A DNA stretch of 64,000 nt from NCBI RefSeq assembly GCF_009914755.1, contig NC_060937.1, one strand, 5' to 3'. This stretch comes from the human T2T-CHM13v2.0 reference genome, Homo sapiens. Shown one piece after another: positions 1 to 13,541 of the stretch; the first letter of the stretch is position 1, and every line of letters begins with the position of its first letter. The notes beneath the pieces are model-generated. The model was not told where the DNA came from. It ran no database searches and saw only the letters and a list, made by a program, of their open reading frames with translations. A program made the translations under genes and the position numbers.

Positions 1-25
1 AAGGAAATTTTAAGTTTGGCCTTAC

Positions 26-148
26 CTGTGGTTCTACCAGGGACATTCGGATCTTCTGATGTTGAAGATTAGATGAGTCTAACATGATTTTCACTTTAAC
101 TTTATCAAATACATGGAACACTGTATCTTCTATTTTAAGTGAGGGTAT
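26..148 (-). CDS. DIS3: DIS3 exon 20 (S1 region, IPSLKIED...SLVEPQ)
   Basis: AG at 150-149, GTAAG at 25-21, 123 nt in frame. Confidence 0.96.
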
Positions 149-859
149 CTAAACAAAACACATTTTATCATTCTTAATTGCTTCCTTACATTTGAGGCTT
201 TGTTCTAATCCTTTACAATTTATCTTACATAGTAGAAGTTTAAATATAAAAATTAGTAAGCATCTACGTGTTCAACATAACAAAGGCCACAAACCTAGTA
301 GTCTCATATAAATATGACCTACTTATGTGCTTACTTTCTCCTTCATTAAGGTATTTCTAATATATATGTTCATTAAATTATTGGTGATTAATTAATCACC
401 CCACTAATAAATAGGAAATTTTTAGTCTAGTAGAGGAACACAAAGGTATTTTGGCCAGTTTATTGTTCAAATATTCTCTCAGGGCTGTGGTTCTCCTAAG
501 GAGAATAGGGAGTATGTGTGTCAAATAAGAAACACTAGAAGTAAGTTTAAAAAAAAAGTTCCTTCCCCGAGTTATAAAGAGTCATTTATTGTTCCATGTA
601 GGGCAAAACTTTACATGGTATAAAAGAAAGAAATCAAAGACAACAATTGCATATGAGAAGACATATAGTGGTGAGAAATTGTGAGTAAAACCATAGTTTA
701 GTTGGCAAAATTAAATGTAGATTTTCTGGCATGTATTTGGAGATCAGGATAAATTCTTCAGGGTACAAAAAATAATTTTATGCTTTATAGGTACCATTTA
801 TGAACTCTCAAAGAAAAAGTGCCCCCCGGAAAAGAAAACAAACATGAGAAATACCGTAC

Positions 860-1018
860 CTCATCATCATAAATAAGCTGTGGGTTTGGTTTGTCCTTTT
901 CTTCAAAAAAGACTGTCCCTTCTAAACCATACTTTGGAATTAATACCACAATGGCATTCTTTCTTACAAATAAAATATAGGCTTCTTCACTTACTATTCC
1001 TTTGCTTTTGAAGAATAA
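860..1018 (-). CDS. DIS3: DIS3 exon 19 (LFFKSKG...IYDDE)
   Basis: 159 nt, AG/GT borders, inside ORF 785..1036. Confidence 0.96.
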
Positions 1019-1142
1019 CTGTAAAATAACATACAACTTATTTAAATTGTCTTAAAAATTTTTAAATAAACAAAAAATTGAAATTAAATTAAAAATGAAC
1101 AAAACTTCATTTTTTCTAGCAGTATCGACAAAAGGCAAATAC

Positions 1143-1311
1143 CTGGGTATGAAAAGCCACTGATGCACGTTGGGCATATTGAGCCATTTTGTGCCGGAAA
1201 TTTAGATTTTTACATATATCTGCAAGCTTGTGTTTGTCTGTCAACTCTGGATAAGTACAGTCAGCCCCAATAGCCACAGCCAAAAGCCGATGAACAATGA
1301 CATCTGCGTAT
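1143..1311 (-). CDS. DIS3: DIS3 exon 18 (YADVIVHRLLAVAIG...AFHTQ)
   Basis: 169 nt, AG/GT borders, continues the SPIRR|YAD RNB motif. Confidence 0.96.
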
Positions 1312-1419
1312 CTAGATAGATGGAAAAATAAGAACCATGGTATGTCAGTACTAATATGTGCTTTTAAAATTCAAAATTAACCATTTTCTATCTCCTTTAA
1401 TTTCATAAGGAAAAAATAC

Positions 1420-1634
1420 CTTCTAATGGGTGAAGTAAAATGTGTGTATATTGGAGACGCTAAGCCATAGTGATGAAAATCATTATCCATTCCAGAACAG
1501 AAGTACACAGCTTGCATCATACAGCGAGTGGCTAATATTCTCAACAGAGTGTTTAGATATGGAAAAGTAGGAGATTCGGCCTGATCCAAAGACTCAGCCA
1601 AAGACTTGGCTGTATCAGTCTTAATTTCCAAATT
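1420..1634 (-). CDS. DIS3: DIS3 exon 17 (RNB; HYGLASPIYTHFTSPIRR, Arg780 intact)
   Basis: 215 nt, AG/GT borders, RNase II family signature. Confidence 0.97.
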
Positions 1635-2507
1635 CTGTAAACAAAAAGGAGGGAAGAGCACCATATTAAACATTTCTAAGTCAGTACCATTATGTCTTCA
1701 AAATATAACTGATCTGACTGAACAAACATCATGTTTTTGTTATTTTCCTTCCCTTCAAAGTAGAAGTAGTAGCCAGAAACAAAACTGTACTGGTCACTAC
1801 AGTTCTGTCAGAACAATGTTCGGATTCATCAAATTTAGCTGCTTTGTTCTACCCTAGGGAGATGAGTCAAATATACATCTCTTCTCTTAGGTCTTTGGAA
1901 GAAATAAGACAATGAAGGAAAAAATCCCTATTTACAGATTAAGGCTTGGAGCAGAGGAGTGAGAAGCTGATTCAATTCCTATGAATCTGGAGAAGCTGGG
2001 CATGCATGCCGTAAAGGTCTGATCCAAAATCAGAAACCAATGCCATCATGATCGAATAATGCCCTGCAGTCCAACATTACTGCTCCCAGCTCTCTTCTAG
2101 ATGGGAAGGATAGGGCCTAACCAGGTAATCCAAGGAAAAGCAATGTAGGCCATAGTCACCCAAGGGGTAAGCACCCCTAAATGAAAATCTACTAACAAGA
2201 AGTAGTGGGTATACAGGGCTGAAAAAATGTGCCCTTTCTATAGTTTCCTCTTTTCCATGTATGCAATAAATATACTTTTCTTACGAACAAGAAATGGAAA
2301 GGATTTAACTGAGTTGAAGTAAATAAATAAAAAAAAAAAATACATTATTTGTAAAGTCAGGCAGTTGACAGGAGCCATGAAGCAACAAAGACATATGAAA
2401 CATGCATAAAGACAAGGAAACATGGAAGAGTTTTATATGACCAGGATGCTGCATAGATCTTAGTCTAAACATCCAGCTTTAGCATAGGGTGCTCTTTAAA
2501 AACATTA

Positions 2508-2825
2508 GGCTGGGTGCGGTGGCTCACACCTGTAATCCCAGCACAGCACTTTGGGAGGCCGAGATGAGATAATTACTTGAGTCCAGGAGTTTGAGACCAG
2601 CCTGGGCAACATAGTGAAAATCTACCTCTACCAAAAAAATACAAAAAATTAGCCACTCATGGTGGTGTGCGCCTGCAGTCCCAGCTCCTCAGGAGGCTGA
2701 GGCGGGAGGATGGCTTGAGACTGGGTGGGAGGTGGAGGGTGCAGTGAGCCGAGATCGTGCCACTGCACTCCAGTCTGGGTGACAGTGAGACCCTGTCTCA
2801 AAAAAAAAACCAAAAGAAAAAAGAA
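2508..2825 (+). mobile_element. Alu (old, AluJ-like)
   Basis: Dimeric Alu consensus with A tail. Confidence 0.93.
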
Positions 2826-2947
2826 CTATTGGCATATTCTTGTATTAACAAACAATAAAACCTTTATGGAAATATGAATATAAATTATTTAGAACAACAG
2901 GTAGATCAAAACACAAATAGATGATTTTTCAAACTGTAGGACCTTAC

Positions 2948-3104
2948 CCTTGACCTGGCTGCCTTAACAAGAATTTCATAATTTGATGGAGGTGGAGCAG
3001 GATGTTTTCGAAGCAGAGCATGTTCAGAAAATTCCTCATGAATTTTTTTTGCAACAGAAATATTGGCAAGTAACATAAATTCTTCAACCATGGAATTTGT
3101 TTCC
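2948..3104 (-). CDS. DIS3: DIS3 exon 16 ([14 protein letters not shown]...)
   Basis: 157 nt, AG/GT borders, RNB motif. Confidence 0.97.
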
Positions 3105-3364
3105 CTGCCAATGGAAAAAGCATTAAACAAACAAAAAAGAGAATCTGAGACTTCTATATATCATATTTTTTCACAGGTTACCTTTGTTACCAAGAAGATA
3201 ATAAGAGCATTTCCTATGTAAACATTCATATGTGTGTGTACATTTGTATTTTAAATAACTTATGATTCTTTCATCTCTCAGTTACTCCGCTAACAATCTC
3301 TTATTATGCAACTACTGCATGAGTAAATCTTACATGCTAGAGGAAACTTTACAAATTGCACTCA

Positions 3365-3671
<307 letters not shown>

Positions 3672-3949
3672 TCAAAAACAGAAGCTTTACTACTCTATTT
3701 ATAAATGAAATGAAAACAAGCATTTTTACTTGATTTTACCAGGTCCAAAAATATTTTTATTTAATTGTAAATCAATAAAGTTTACAAGAACTAAAAGCTA
3801 TTTAGATCATACAAATTTTGGCTTAAAAACCAAAATTTTTAACAATAAATTACTCAAATGAAGAGACCATATTTATAATAGCTAATTTGGATACTTACAA
3901 TGGGTCAGTCATTGTGCTATAAGTACATCCTGCCCTCAACACACACACC

Positions 3950-4085
3950 CACAAACTCTGTTTTACAGATGAGAAAATTGAGGATATATTCATTATTCTC
4001 TTGCTCAAGGTGAGAGTTACTAGCAGTATGAGAATTTGAGTCCACACAATCTGACTTCAAAACTCTTAACCAATCTGATACTGCT
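3950..4085. mobile_element. MIR fragment
   Basis: TTTTACAGATGAGAAAATTGAGG core. Confidence 0.6.
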
Positions 4086-4679
4086 GTGATTCTCTATATA
4101 GTTATTCACATACATTTTTCGGTTAGTTTAGTAAATGATCCACCTTCTGTTGATACAGTGCTTTCTGTCTTGCAAGTCAATGAACACATATTATTAACCT
4201 TCCATTCAAGTTTCATCTTGTAACTTCTTGACAATATTTCTAAAGTATATTCATTTTAAAAATATTAGAAAGACCTCCAATCACATGGGGACATCTCAGA
4301 AATGTGTTCTTTCTTCTTCTTGGTAAGAAGAAATGGCTGATATTTTACTTTGGCAAAGCTAGTGTCAACCTGTTGCTCATAAAAGCTCTTAGTACTGGGC
4401 TCATTATTAGCATTAATATTAAACATACTTACACAGAAGTTCTACTATAAGGGATTGTTAGATATTATAATAGCACGCAAGCACATATTTACTCTAAGTA
4501 AAAAATTTGAGTATATTCCCATTTTTAACCCTTGGTCATCTATTAGAAAAGTGCATATGCATGTTGAATTCCAAAATTACCTTAATGTAAATAAGAGGCA
4601 GGGAAAGAGGCCTAAACCCTGATTTAACAAAAAAATTCTTGTTTCCTACATCTTAACTAAATCAATAAACAACAATAGC

Positions 4680-4870
4680 TAATATCACCCTCACAGCACC
4701 CTATGAGGTAGGTGCCATTATCAATCATAGGCAATTTACAGACAAATAAATTGAGGCATGGAGAAGTCAAATAACTACTTTAGTGGGAAATATAATAGTA
4801 ATAACAGCAGAGGGATCCAAACCTAGGGAGTCTGGCTTCATAACCCATGATCTTCACCATTATTCTACCC
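4680..4870. mobile_element. MIR fragment
   Basis: CTCACAGCACCCTATGAGGTAGG...TTTACAGA...TGAGGCA core. Confidence 0.6.
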
Positions 4871-4904
4871 TACTATCTATCCTACTATCTATTATTCTAT
4901 CCTA

Positions 4905-5144
4905 CCCCCATCTTTCTGGCACCAGGGACGGGTTTCATGGAAAACAACTCTTCTATGCGACAAGGGGAGGGAGGGATGGTTTCATCAGGCATTAGATTAT
5001 CATAAGAAGTGCACAACTTAGATCCCTCCTACACACAGTTCACAATAGGACTGGCGCTCCAATGGGAATCTAATGCTGCCACCGATCTGACAGAAGGCAG
5101 AGCTCAGGTAGTAAAGCTCACAGCCCAGGGGCTGGGAACCCCTG
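4905..5144. mobile_element. MER1B-like hAT-Charlie element
   Basis: GGCACCAGGGAC...CATTAGATTATCATAAG...GGGAACCCCTG. Confidence 0.7.
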
Positions 5145-5468
5145 CACTACAGTATATTCTACTTTAGAAATTAATTGGGGTAATTTTTTTTATCTTACTC
5201 TAACTATTACTAGTCAAGTTCTAATACATCACACATCAAAGCAAACAAATTCAAATTGAAAGTTTTTCTATTATGCGACTAAACGCAGTTTTATAGAAGA
5301 AAAACTGAGCTTAAATTTACTTTTCTGTCCTTTGCAAGCCAAATAAAGTAGAAATCATGACCCTAATCATTATTTTGTATATAAACGTTTTCATTATTTG
5401 TACTTACAGTAGACATGACAATTAAAATAAAAAAATCTTATCTAATGCCCATCAAAAAAATTACAAAC

Positions 5469-5555
5469 CTAAGTTCCTTGGTCTGCAGATCTATAGGATC
5501 GTGAGTTTCACTGTCCATGTGGAATCGAACTTCAGGAGAGGATAGAGTCAAAGCC
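5469..5555 (-). CDS. DIS3: DIS3 exon 15 (ALTLSSPEVRFHMDSETHDPIDLQTKEL)
   Basis: 87 nt, AG/GT borders, phase fits neighbours. Confidence 0.95.
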
Positions 5556-7097
5556 CTACATAAAAATTAAAGAGAAAAATTATAGTCAAGCAAGCCAATA
5601 AAAGACAAAAGTATAGAAATTATTCTTTTAAAAAAGACAATGACTACAGCAAGTGTGTAATAGTTGCTCTTCTGAAGGCTTTATGACCATCTGCTGTTTC
5701 ATGTTCTATTTTCATAAACAGCTCAGTAGAGCTTTCATGAACAGCTCAGTAGATTTAAAATGCATTTAACAAGAGAGGACGATAGCAACACAAGGAAATC
5801 TGAATCCCTGTGCTTCTGAGGGTTATATCTTCTGTACCCAAACGATGAGTTTTTATTGAGCTACACAGGTTTTTAATCACTTTTACAAATAAAGAAGGGG
5901 ATTGATTGTATTTAATTTACTACAGAAAACAGTTATTGGGGCAGGGGACAATAAAGAGGGGCAAAAGGGGAAGCTGCTGTGGGTAGCTTAGTAACACCAG
6001 AAGATCCACAGTTCAAAAGTATCTTCCACAAAGACTGAACCAAAAGAGAAGCAACTGATAACCTAGTATCACTAATAGGTTACAAGTAGTGATGGCTATT
6101 AATATTTGATTGCTAAGTGTCAGATAAACAATCCATGCTCAGGACTTTACACACATGGTTCATTTAATGAGCTGGCAAGTTCCCCTTTGGAAAGTAAATT
6201 CCCACAAGGCAAGGCAAGTCTAATGTTTCTTACACCTTGACATAACTTTCATGAGGTCAGCTCCAAATCAACCTAAAACTAAAAATTTTAATGAGACTGG
6301 GCAACCTTGAACAATCATGGAGAAGGAAAAGAAGGGGAAGAGAAAAATTAAAATAAGATGGAGCAAGTTAAAAGAAACACTAAGTCTAAGTCCTTGTCTT
6401 CTTCAATTCCTCACCTTTATTAAAAGAACTATAGTAGGAACACATACTAAAAAGAGAATCTCAAAAATATTCCTTTCTTGCCTTGTAGTGTGCACTTAAA
6501 ACAAGGCTCTACTTCAGGTCTGATATGTATTTATTAATGGATTTTGACATAAAAAGCAAGGTATACTTATCACATTTTGATCATTTTTCCTCATAGAACA
6601 CCTAAAATGTTATGTCTACCCATGAGTATTAATACTTTAGAAGGCAAAAGACGGTTTTTTTTTCTGATTGCTTTTTCAATTCTCCCTAAGACTAAAATGA
6701 TTCAATGATGTTTTCCCAGGAGGCAACCATCTACTTACCAAATTAAAAATACAGACTGCTGAAATTAAAAAATATCCTCAGTTTTAAAAAGCTATGTTAC
6801 AAATGCGAATTCTTACTTTAAAACTATTAAAATAAATACAGCTTCAATTTGCATTTTATTTACATTGCTTAAAAAAAAAACTTTGTGGTGTTTTGTGTCA
6901 CACAAAAAAATTCAATTATCTTCTTCTTATATACAAGTGACAAGCTTGAGTGAAAGTTTTGCTCAAGTTTAATAGTATCCACTGGGTTTTAGCATGCCCA
7001 AATGATCCTTTCTGTTTCAAGTTTCATATTTAAGATCACATAAAAAATTCCCTGAAAACTGAGGTGTTAGTAGACATAGGTACATAACTACCTCAAA

Positions 7098-7280
7098 CAC
7101 TGTCCAACGGAACGTTCTGCAGTGATGGAAATGTTCTATGTGTGCCCTGTCCAATGTGATAGTCATTAGTCACATGTGGCTATTGAGCACTTGAAATATG
7201 GCTAGTAAGGCTGAGGAACTAAGTTGTTAATTTTATTAATTTTAATGAATTTAAATAGGCGCATCTTATGAAATGACACA
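7098..7280. mobile_element. MER3-like DNA transposon
   Basis: CTGTCCAA...GATGGAAATGTTCTAT...CACATGTGGCTATTGAGCACTTGAAAT. Confidence 0.75.
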
Positions 7281-7864
7281 AATGTACAATCCGCACTCAC
7301 CACACCTTTAGTAACTGCTTGTGACCCTATCCTAGAGGGGCTTGGGAACTCTGAGACCAACATCTGGAAGGTTCATGTACTTGGTTTCCTCTGATAGTCA
7401 ACAACGTCTTTTAAGAGTCAAATTTCTCTTAACTGGTTTCCTTCAACATGCCTGAGTTAATACTCTATACCTTACGCCTTTTGTAGTTAGGCAAAAGCCA
7501 TGACATAACAGCTAAAAGACTCAGATCTGTTACTAGTCAGATCTTTGGGAAGACTCCTTTTATGCAACTTTTAATTGCCTAAAAAATGAGGAGGTTGAAT
7601 TAAATAATCTCCAAAATTTAAAGTGCAAGGAGGACCTAATCTACGTTTATTTAAACCTCTGAAACCTAATGTCCAATCTGGAAACTCATTTCTAATTAAA
7701 ATTAGAAACAATTTCCAGAAATCTTAGGGTGTTCTTGCCTTCCTGGAATTTCTTCAAGATCTTTAACTCAAACACAATTTTTTAACACAACAAATTACAA
7801 GGATGGAACTCCTGAACAAACATCAGTCCAGAATCAAGTTGCTAACATTTAAAAGGAAGCTAGA

Positions 7865-8160
7865 GGCTGGGCATGGTGGCTCACACCTGTAATCCCAACA
7901 CTTTGGGAGGCCGAGGCGGCTGGATCACCTGAGGTCAGGAGTTCAAGACCAGCCTGGCCAACAAGGTGAAACTCCATATCTACTAAAAATACAAAAATCA
8001 GCTGGGCGTGGTGGTGGGCACCTGTAATCCCAGCTACTTGAACGACAGGAGAATTGTTCGAATTCGGGAGGCAGAGGTTACAGTCAGCCGAGATTGTGCC
8101 ATTGCACTCCAGCGTGGGTGACAGAGTAAAACTCCGTTTCAAATACATACATACATACAT
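7865..8160 (+). mobile_element. Alu (AluS-like) with (TACA)n tail
   Basis: Full Alu, TSD GGAAGCTAGA. Confidence 0.95.
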
Positions 8161-8281
8161 AAATGGAAGCTAGAAGAAACAGGAGTCTCTATTCACCCTT
8201 TTAAATAATTCATCATTGCCTATGATCAAACAATGTAAAGAGTATAAAAATTATCTTAATACTATGAAAAACAAAATATAC

Positions 8282-8409
8282 CCTTTTTCAATCCTTCTTT
8301 TCTTCAGAATTTTGGCTAGTTTATTCAGTCCACGGAGACTAGTGGTAATATCATCATTCATGTTTGCTGAATCAATTCTCAACTGAGCTTCAGCATATGT
8401 CAGAGATGC
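8282..8409 (-). CDS. DIS3: DIS3 exon 14 (ASLTYAEAQLRID...)
   Basis: 128 nt, AG/GT borders. Confidence 0.95.
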
Positions 8410-10385
8410 CTAAAAAAGAAAATGTATGTTATATAATTCTTATAAATGATAGAAAAATGGTTTTCAATATGTCCTCCTACTTTCACTACATAAAATCCAT
8501 GATTTCAGAAAACCTAAAATCAGTAACAAAATAGAAATTCTTAGCTATGATATTATACTTCACATCTATGATTTCTGGTTCATTAATTCTTATCTGAGGC
8601 ATTATACAACATAAACAAACATATTTTAAAAGGTAAAATGGCAATGTTGTTAGCAAATAAACTTTAAACTTTACTTGTATATTCCAATTACTGTATAAAT
8701 ACCCAGATAATGCTAAAATAAAACACAAAGGTAGGTTAGATCGATTCCTTCTCTGATAACAAATATGAAATCCTTTCCAGATGATCATTATTCCCCTGCA
8801 AATAATTAAGACTGCAGGAGTCGAGACACCATGTTTTGCAGGAAATCCAGTAAATACCCAAAATTAAGCATGTAAAAACCAGACAAATGATAGTAGAAAA
8901 GAGTTAAAGTAATCCCCAATGAAAAATAACCAAAATATACAAATAACTACTTCTGTTCCTATTTCTCTCAGAGAAATCCATCATTTTTTTTCCTTTTTTT
9001 TTTTTTTGTTTGTCTAAGGAGTAGCTTCACAAGTGAAAATAAGAAAGAGCATAACAGAGTTAGATAACGCAGGTCAGGTCGGATTCCTGGGAGAGCCAAC
9101 TCATCTACTAAAGGCTAAGAGTTTCCCCTCTGAAAAAGGTTTTATGTTATATATTCACTAGGTTTGTTTTCATATAATTTTGTTATACTGACCAAGTCTT
9201 AAAGAATTAAAAGTCATTCTTATTTTAAAGTACAAACTGTGATGGCTTAAATAATTCACACATCATTATTTACCAGTCTAACACTGTTTTCTTTGCAACC
9301 ACTGGTTAGCAGAACAGCAAGAAGGATGCCAAAGGGCCAGAAAAAACAGGTTAAGCTTGGAAAACAGATCATTAGAAGATAAGGGGTTTGGCAAATCTTG
9401 AAGAAAGATGTAGGGCAAAATAAGAGAGAACATAAGGGATTTTTGGGAGAAGTACAAAGAAACAGGAAAAGGACAAGAAAGATAACCTGGCTCCATTATG
9501 AATAAACATGAACTCAGGCTAGTTCTACTAAAATCCAATGGTGACTTAAACATCATTTCTGTGAGAAAATGTGAAGAAAGAAGTGGTGTACCTGCTGACT
9601 TTTAAAACACTAACCATTTATAAGTAGGAACAGCTTCAATTACTAGGGTTCTTGAGTTAGGGCATAAAACCACTAGTTGGTCTTTTCAAGTATATATTAA
9701 TACAGGACAACTGCAACATGAACTAATTTCTGAATCACATCAAAAATTATCTGCTTATAATTGGAAAAAAAAAACCCTCAAAATTTTGCTATAACAGTGC
9801 CCCCATTCTATCCTGAGGGCACAGACCTAGCCCTTGTTTTTCTGCCTAGAAAGACTCTTCCCCTCCCACCCAAACTGAAATACATTTGTCTGTATCCACT
9901 TTACATGTTCAAAAGAGCATCTAGCTTGACTGAAAAATTCTCAAGAAGTGGGCAGGAATCTCAAATTTAGGTGATGGCAGTAGGGCTGGGGCTGGTTACT
10001 TTGGCTTGGTACTAGCTGGGTCAAGAAAGCTGGCAATAAGACTCTGGTGGCCTGTTCTGCATTCTTCTCTGAGAGTAGGTAGCAAAAGGGCCAAATGAGT
10101 TTTAGTGTAAATTTAAGTGCATCTGTACATGTTTAAGCACGTGCCCGCAGCTGGGGACTTTTTTAGACTATGTTTATATCTCAGGTACTTATATGTATAT
10201 GTTTTTTCTATTTTAGGTTAAGTAAATATACATATAATTATACATAACATCTCTTTTCAAATATATAAATATTTTTATATATGTGTATATATACGTACAT
10301 GTGAATCTTTAAAAAATTTATTTAGCTTTTTTCAAAAAAGTACCAAAAAGTTTAAAAATTAGAGATTAATAGCCATGAAACGAAC

Positions 10386-10470
10386 CTTTGAATTAATAAC
10401 ACTTTTGGTAAACTTCGTTTTTAAGATTTCAGCATTGTGATTCATTTCCCAAATACATGAAAATGCCAGC
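10386..10470 (-). CDS. DIS3: DIS3 exon 13 (LAFSCIWEM...SVINSK)
   Basis: 85 nt, AG/GT borders. Confidence 0.95.
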
Positions 10471-10562
10471 CTGTGAAGGAAAATACAGAGTATTTGTTAA
10501 TGGGAATCAGGTTAAAGTAGTAAATACAATGTCTTCAAGGAAAAAAAACCATGCAGAAATAC

Positions 10563-10627
10563 CTGTCCACGTCACATTTTAAGGAACACAAGTTAGAGCT
10601 AAGCAACTCTGGAACCATGTCAATCCT
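10563..10627 (-). CDS. DIS3: DIS3 exon 12 (RIDMVPELLSSNLCSL...)
   Basis: 65 nt, AG/GT borders. Confidence 0.95.
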
Positions 10628-11276
10628 CTGCAAAAGATAAAAATAGAACCACAGATTACTTAGCCATAACCATACATTTATGTGAGGTTCTATTCTCAAA
10701 TAACATTAATTAAACAAGGAAAGAAAAGAGTGTTCTGCTTTTTGTAAATAGGAGAATTGAGAAAAGGTCAAATAAAAGGTTTGTTTTTATAAAAGCACTT
10801 ATACAAAATTGTTAAAGAAGGAAAGCTATGAAGGAAAACTGGACTTCATGCCAATTAATCTAAGTTTAAGCCCTCTACACTAACGACCTAGCTGTCCTCT
10901 GAAAGTTTTAAATCTCTGGTCTGTATAAGTTTATACTTGATACCTGACACACTCTATGACTGGACCTTTCTCCAATGCTTAATATAAACTACAAGGTGTT
11001 TTTAAAATACTAAAAAAAGAAAAGAGAAACTAAATTTTTATGGAAAAAAGTATACAGAAGAACTCTGACAATAAATCACTAATAGACTAAGTTTAATCTT
11101 CCCCTTGACTTTCACAATACTTTACTTGTTATTTGAACCACTCGATAACAAAAATTTGCAATATATTTAGTGATTTAAAGCCACATTATTCCATGTATTT
11201 TTCTTAGCTAATTCATGGCCGTTTAAGAATCCTTAAGTGTCCATGACTGTTAAATTTTTAAATTCAATACATTTAC

Positions 11277-11378
11277 CTTTTCACAAAGATACACAGTTGT
11301 TCCTCTTCTGGCTGATTCTTGATCCAAGGCATTTCCTGGCCTAATAAAATGGCTCACATCAGCAATATGAACACCAAC
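11277..11378 (-). CDS. DIS3: DIS3 exon 11 ([11 protein letters not shown]...TVYLCEK)
   Basis: 102 nt, AG/GT borders, RNB motif. Confidence 0.97.
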
Positions 11379-11640
11379 CTTAAAAAGATAAAAATAAAAG
11401 GATGTCAATATGCTTGACTGGGTAAATGTACCTAATGGAGTTTTAATAAGATAAAGTTTAGCTAAATTTAAAAAAGACTCAGTCACCTCTACCATTTCAA
11501 CTTCTGACATATGGCCAATAGCGTGCAGCTACAATTATACTTCACAAGAGTAATTAACAAGCAAATTCTATTCTAGTTCAAAAGAAAATGAACTCAGAAC
11601 AGAACTATATTTAGGTAAGAACACTATTACATATGAATAC

Positions 11641-11757
11641 CTCCAAATTTCCATTTTCGAGTTCTCGACAATGTAGAGCATCGTCTATATCAGTACATCC
11701 TGGTGGGTCTACACTACAAATACACAGATGCCTCAGGTCTTCTCGGTTTTTCATGTC
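11641..11757 (-). CDS. DIS3: DIS3 exon 10 (RNB active site [15 protein letters not shown])
   Basis: 117 nt, AG/GT borders, catalytic Asp cluster intact. Confidence 0.97.
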
Positions 11758-12174
11758 CTAGAAGACATGAAATGATAAACAAATAAATTATTTCCAAAGC
11801 ACAACTACAACATATTAATAGCTCTTGTGAAATCAGTAATATGTATACAAAAACAATTTAGCTGTATTTTCTTGATGACAACCACATTTCTTTTTCCTGC
11901 ACTGGAGCAGAGAGACACCACGTATGATTTGTAACTAATGGTTTCCTTCCCTTTGAAACATTTAACATATGAAAGTGTCTGCCACATAGAAAAACTTACC
12001 CTTCAATGAAGAAGCAAATGACTTCTTCTATAATTCCTAAGAATGCTATACCCAACAAAATGCAGGAAAAGAGGGCCCGTGGTGTCTACATATTTAAAAA
12101 CACATATAGAAATTAAACAAAACTAGGCAGGATATAATAATTTATAAAGTCACTACAAATTACTTTCAACTTAC

Positions 12175-12321
12175 CTTTTCAGTAATGCTCCAGGGCATCT
12201 TTGGCAGAAAACTAAGAACAGCCTGTGAAAAAGGCTGATGGGGAACATCGTGTTCAAGTAACAAAACTTCTGTTTCAGTCTCTTTCTCTCCAACATCACC
12301 TAAATTTCTCACAAAGTGTCC
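12175..12321 (-). CDS. DIS3: DIS3 exon 9 ([11 protein letters not shown]...WSITEK)
   Basis: 147 nt, AG/GT borders. Confidence 0.96.
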
Positions 12322-12672
12322 CTGAAACCAAGAGGCATTATTAGAAACGCCTATTTTATAGCAAATTTACATCTTATCATATTAAATTCTTCAGCATTTA
12401 CATATCTTCTCAGTATTCCTAAATATTCCCATAACGATTTCTGAAAAATGACCCTTTAGTAAATTAGACAAGACTTCTCAACTGATTTATGATGGAAACT
12501 TTGTAAGGGTCCAGCTCTTACATTCTAAAGCATCTATTTCTTATTAATGTTCAAGTTTAAAATGTGCTTCCAATATAATCTTTTCAAAATTTGTTGATTA
12601 GAATCTATATAGAACTCACTTTTCATAGTCATGATCAATAAAACTTATAGGTTTAAAAACTTACATAAAAGA

Positions 12673-13113
<441 letters not shown>

Positions 13114-13165
13114 TCACAAAATTTTAATTAAACATCCCCACATAAAATTAATACTTTAAGCTTAC

Positions 13166-13303
13166 ATTTGGATATCTGGAATTTCTGGGCCAACCATCAA
13201 TAGCAACAATAATTCTCCGTCCTTCTAATGTGGAAGCCTGTCTGGTTTCTATGCGAATTCGAGGGATTCTCTTATCAGCAGGTGTAAAGAGATGTCTTCT
13301 TGA
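13166..13303 (-). CDS. DIS3: DIS3 exon 8 (SRRHLFTPADKRIPRIRI...)
   Basis: 138 nt, AG/GT borders. Confidence 0.96.
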
Positions 13304-13427
13304 CTAGCAAAAATTAGGAATAAAGATTTTACACAAAAAAAATCTGAGGATGGAGGCAAAAGAAAGGCTATAAGTTCTATTAAATGTTTATCATTTTTTT
13401 ATTACATAGTAAATGCTCTTTACTCAC

Positions 13428-13541
13428 CTCCTTAATGTCAGACTTGGAAAGCATGCCACAATATGGTCTCCAATTCCTTTTTATTATTCCTACAACTCTA
13501 CCTGTAGGCTTCAACATTTTCTCGCTTACAGCAGTCTTAAG
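13428..13541 (-). CDS. DIS3: DIS3 exon 7 (LKTAVSEKMLKPTGRVVGIIKRNWRPYCG...)
   Basis: 114 nt, AG/GT borders. Confidence 0.96.

Noticed and set aside
5710-5753. 21-bp direct repeat TTTCAT(A/G)AACAGCTCAGTAGA x2; similar short duplications at 14330-14380, 44360-44381 and 58834-58862
   Set aside because: Ordinary slippage duplications with no spacer array; not CRISPR-like.
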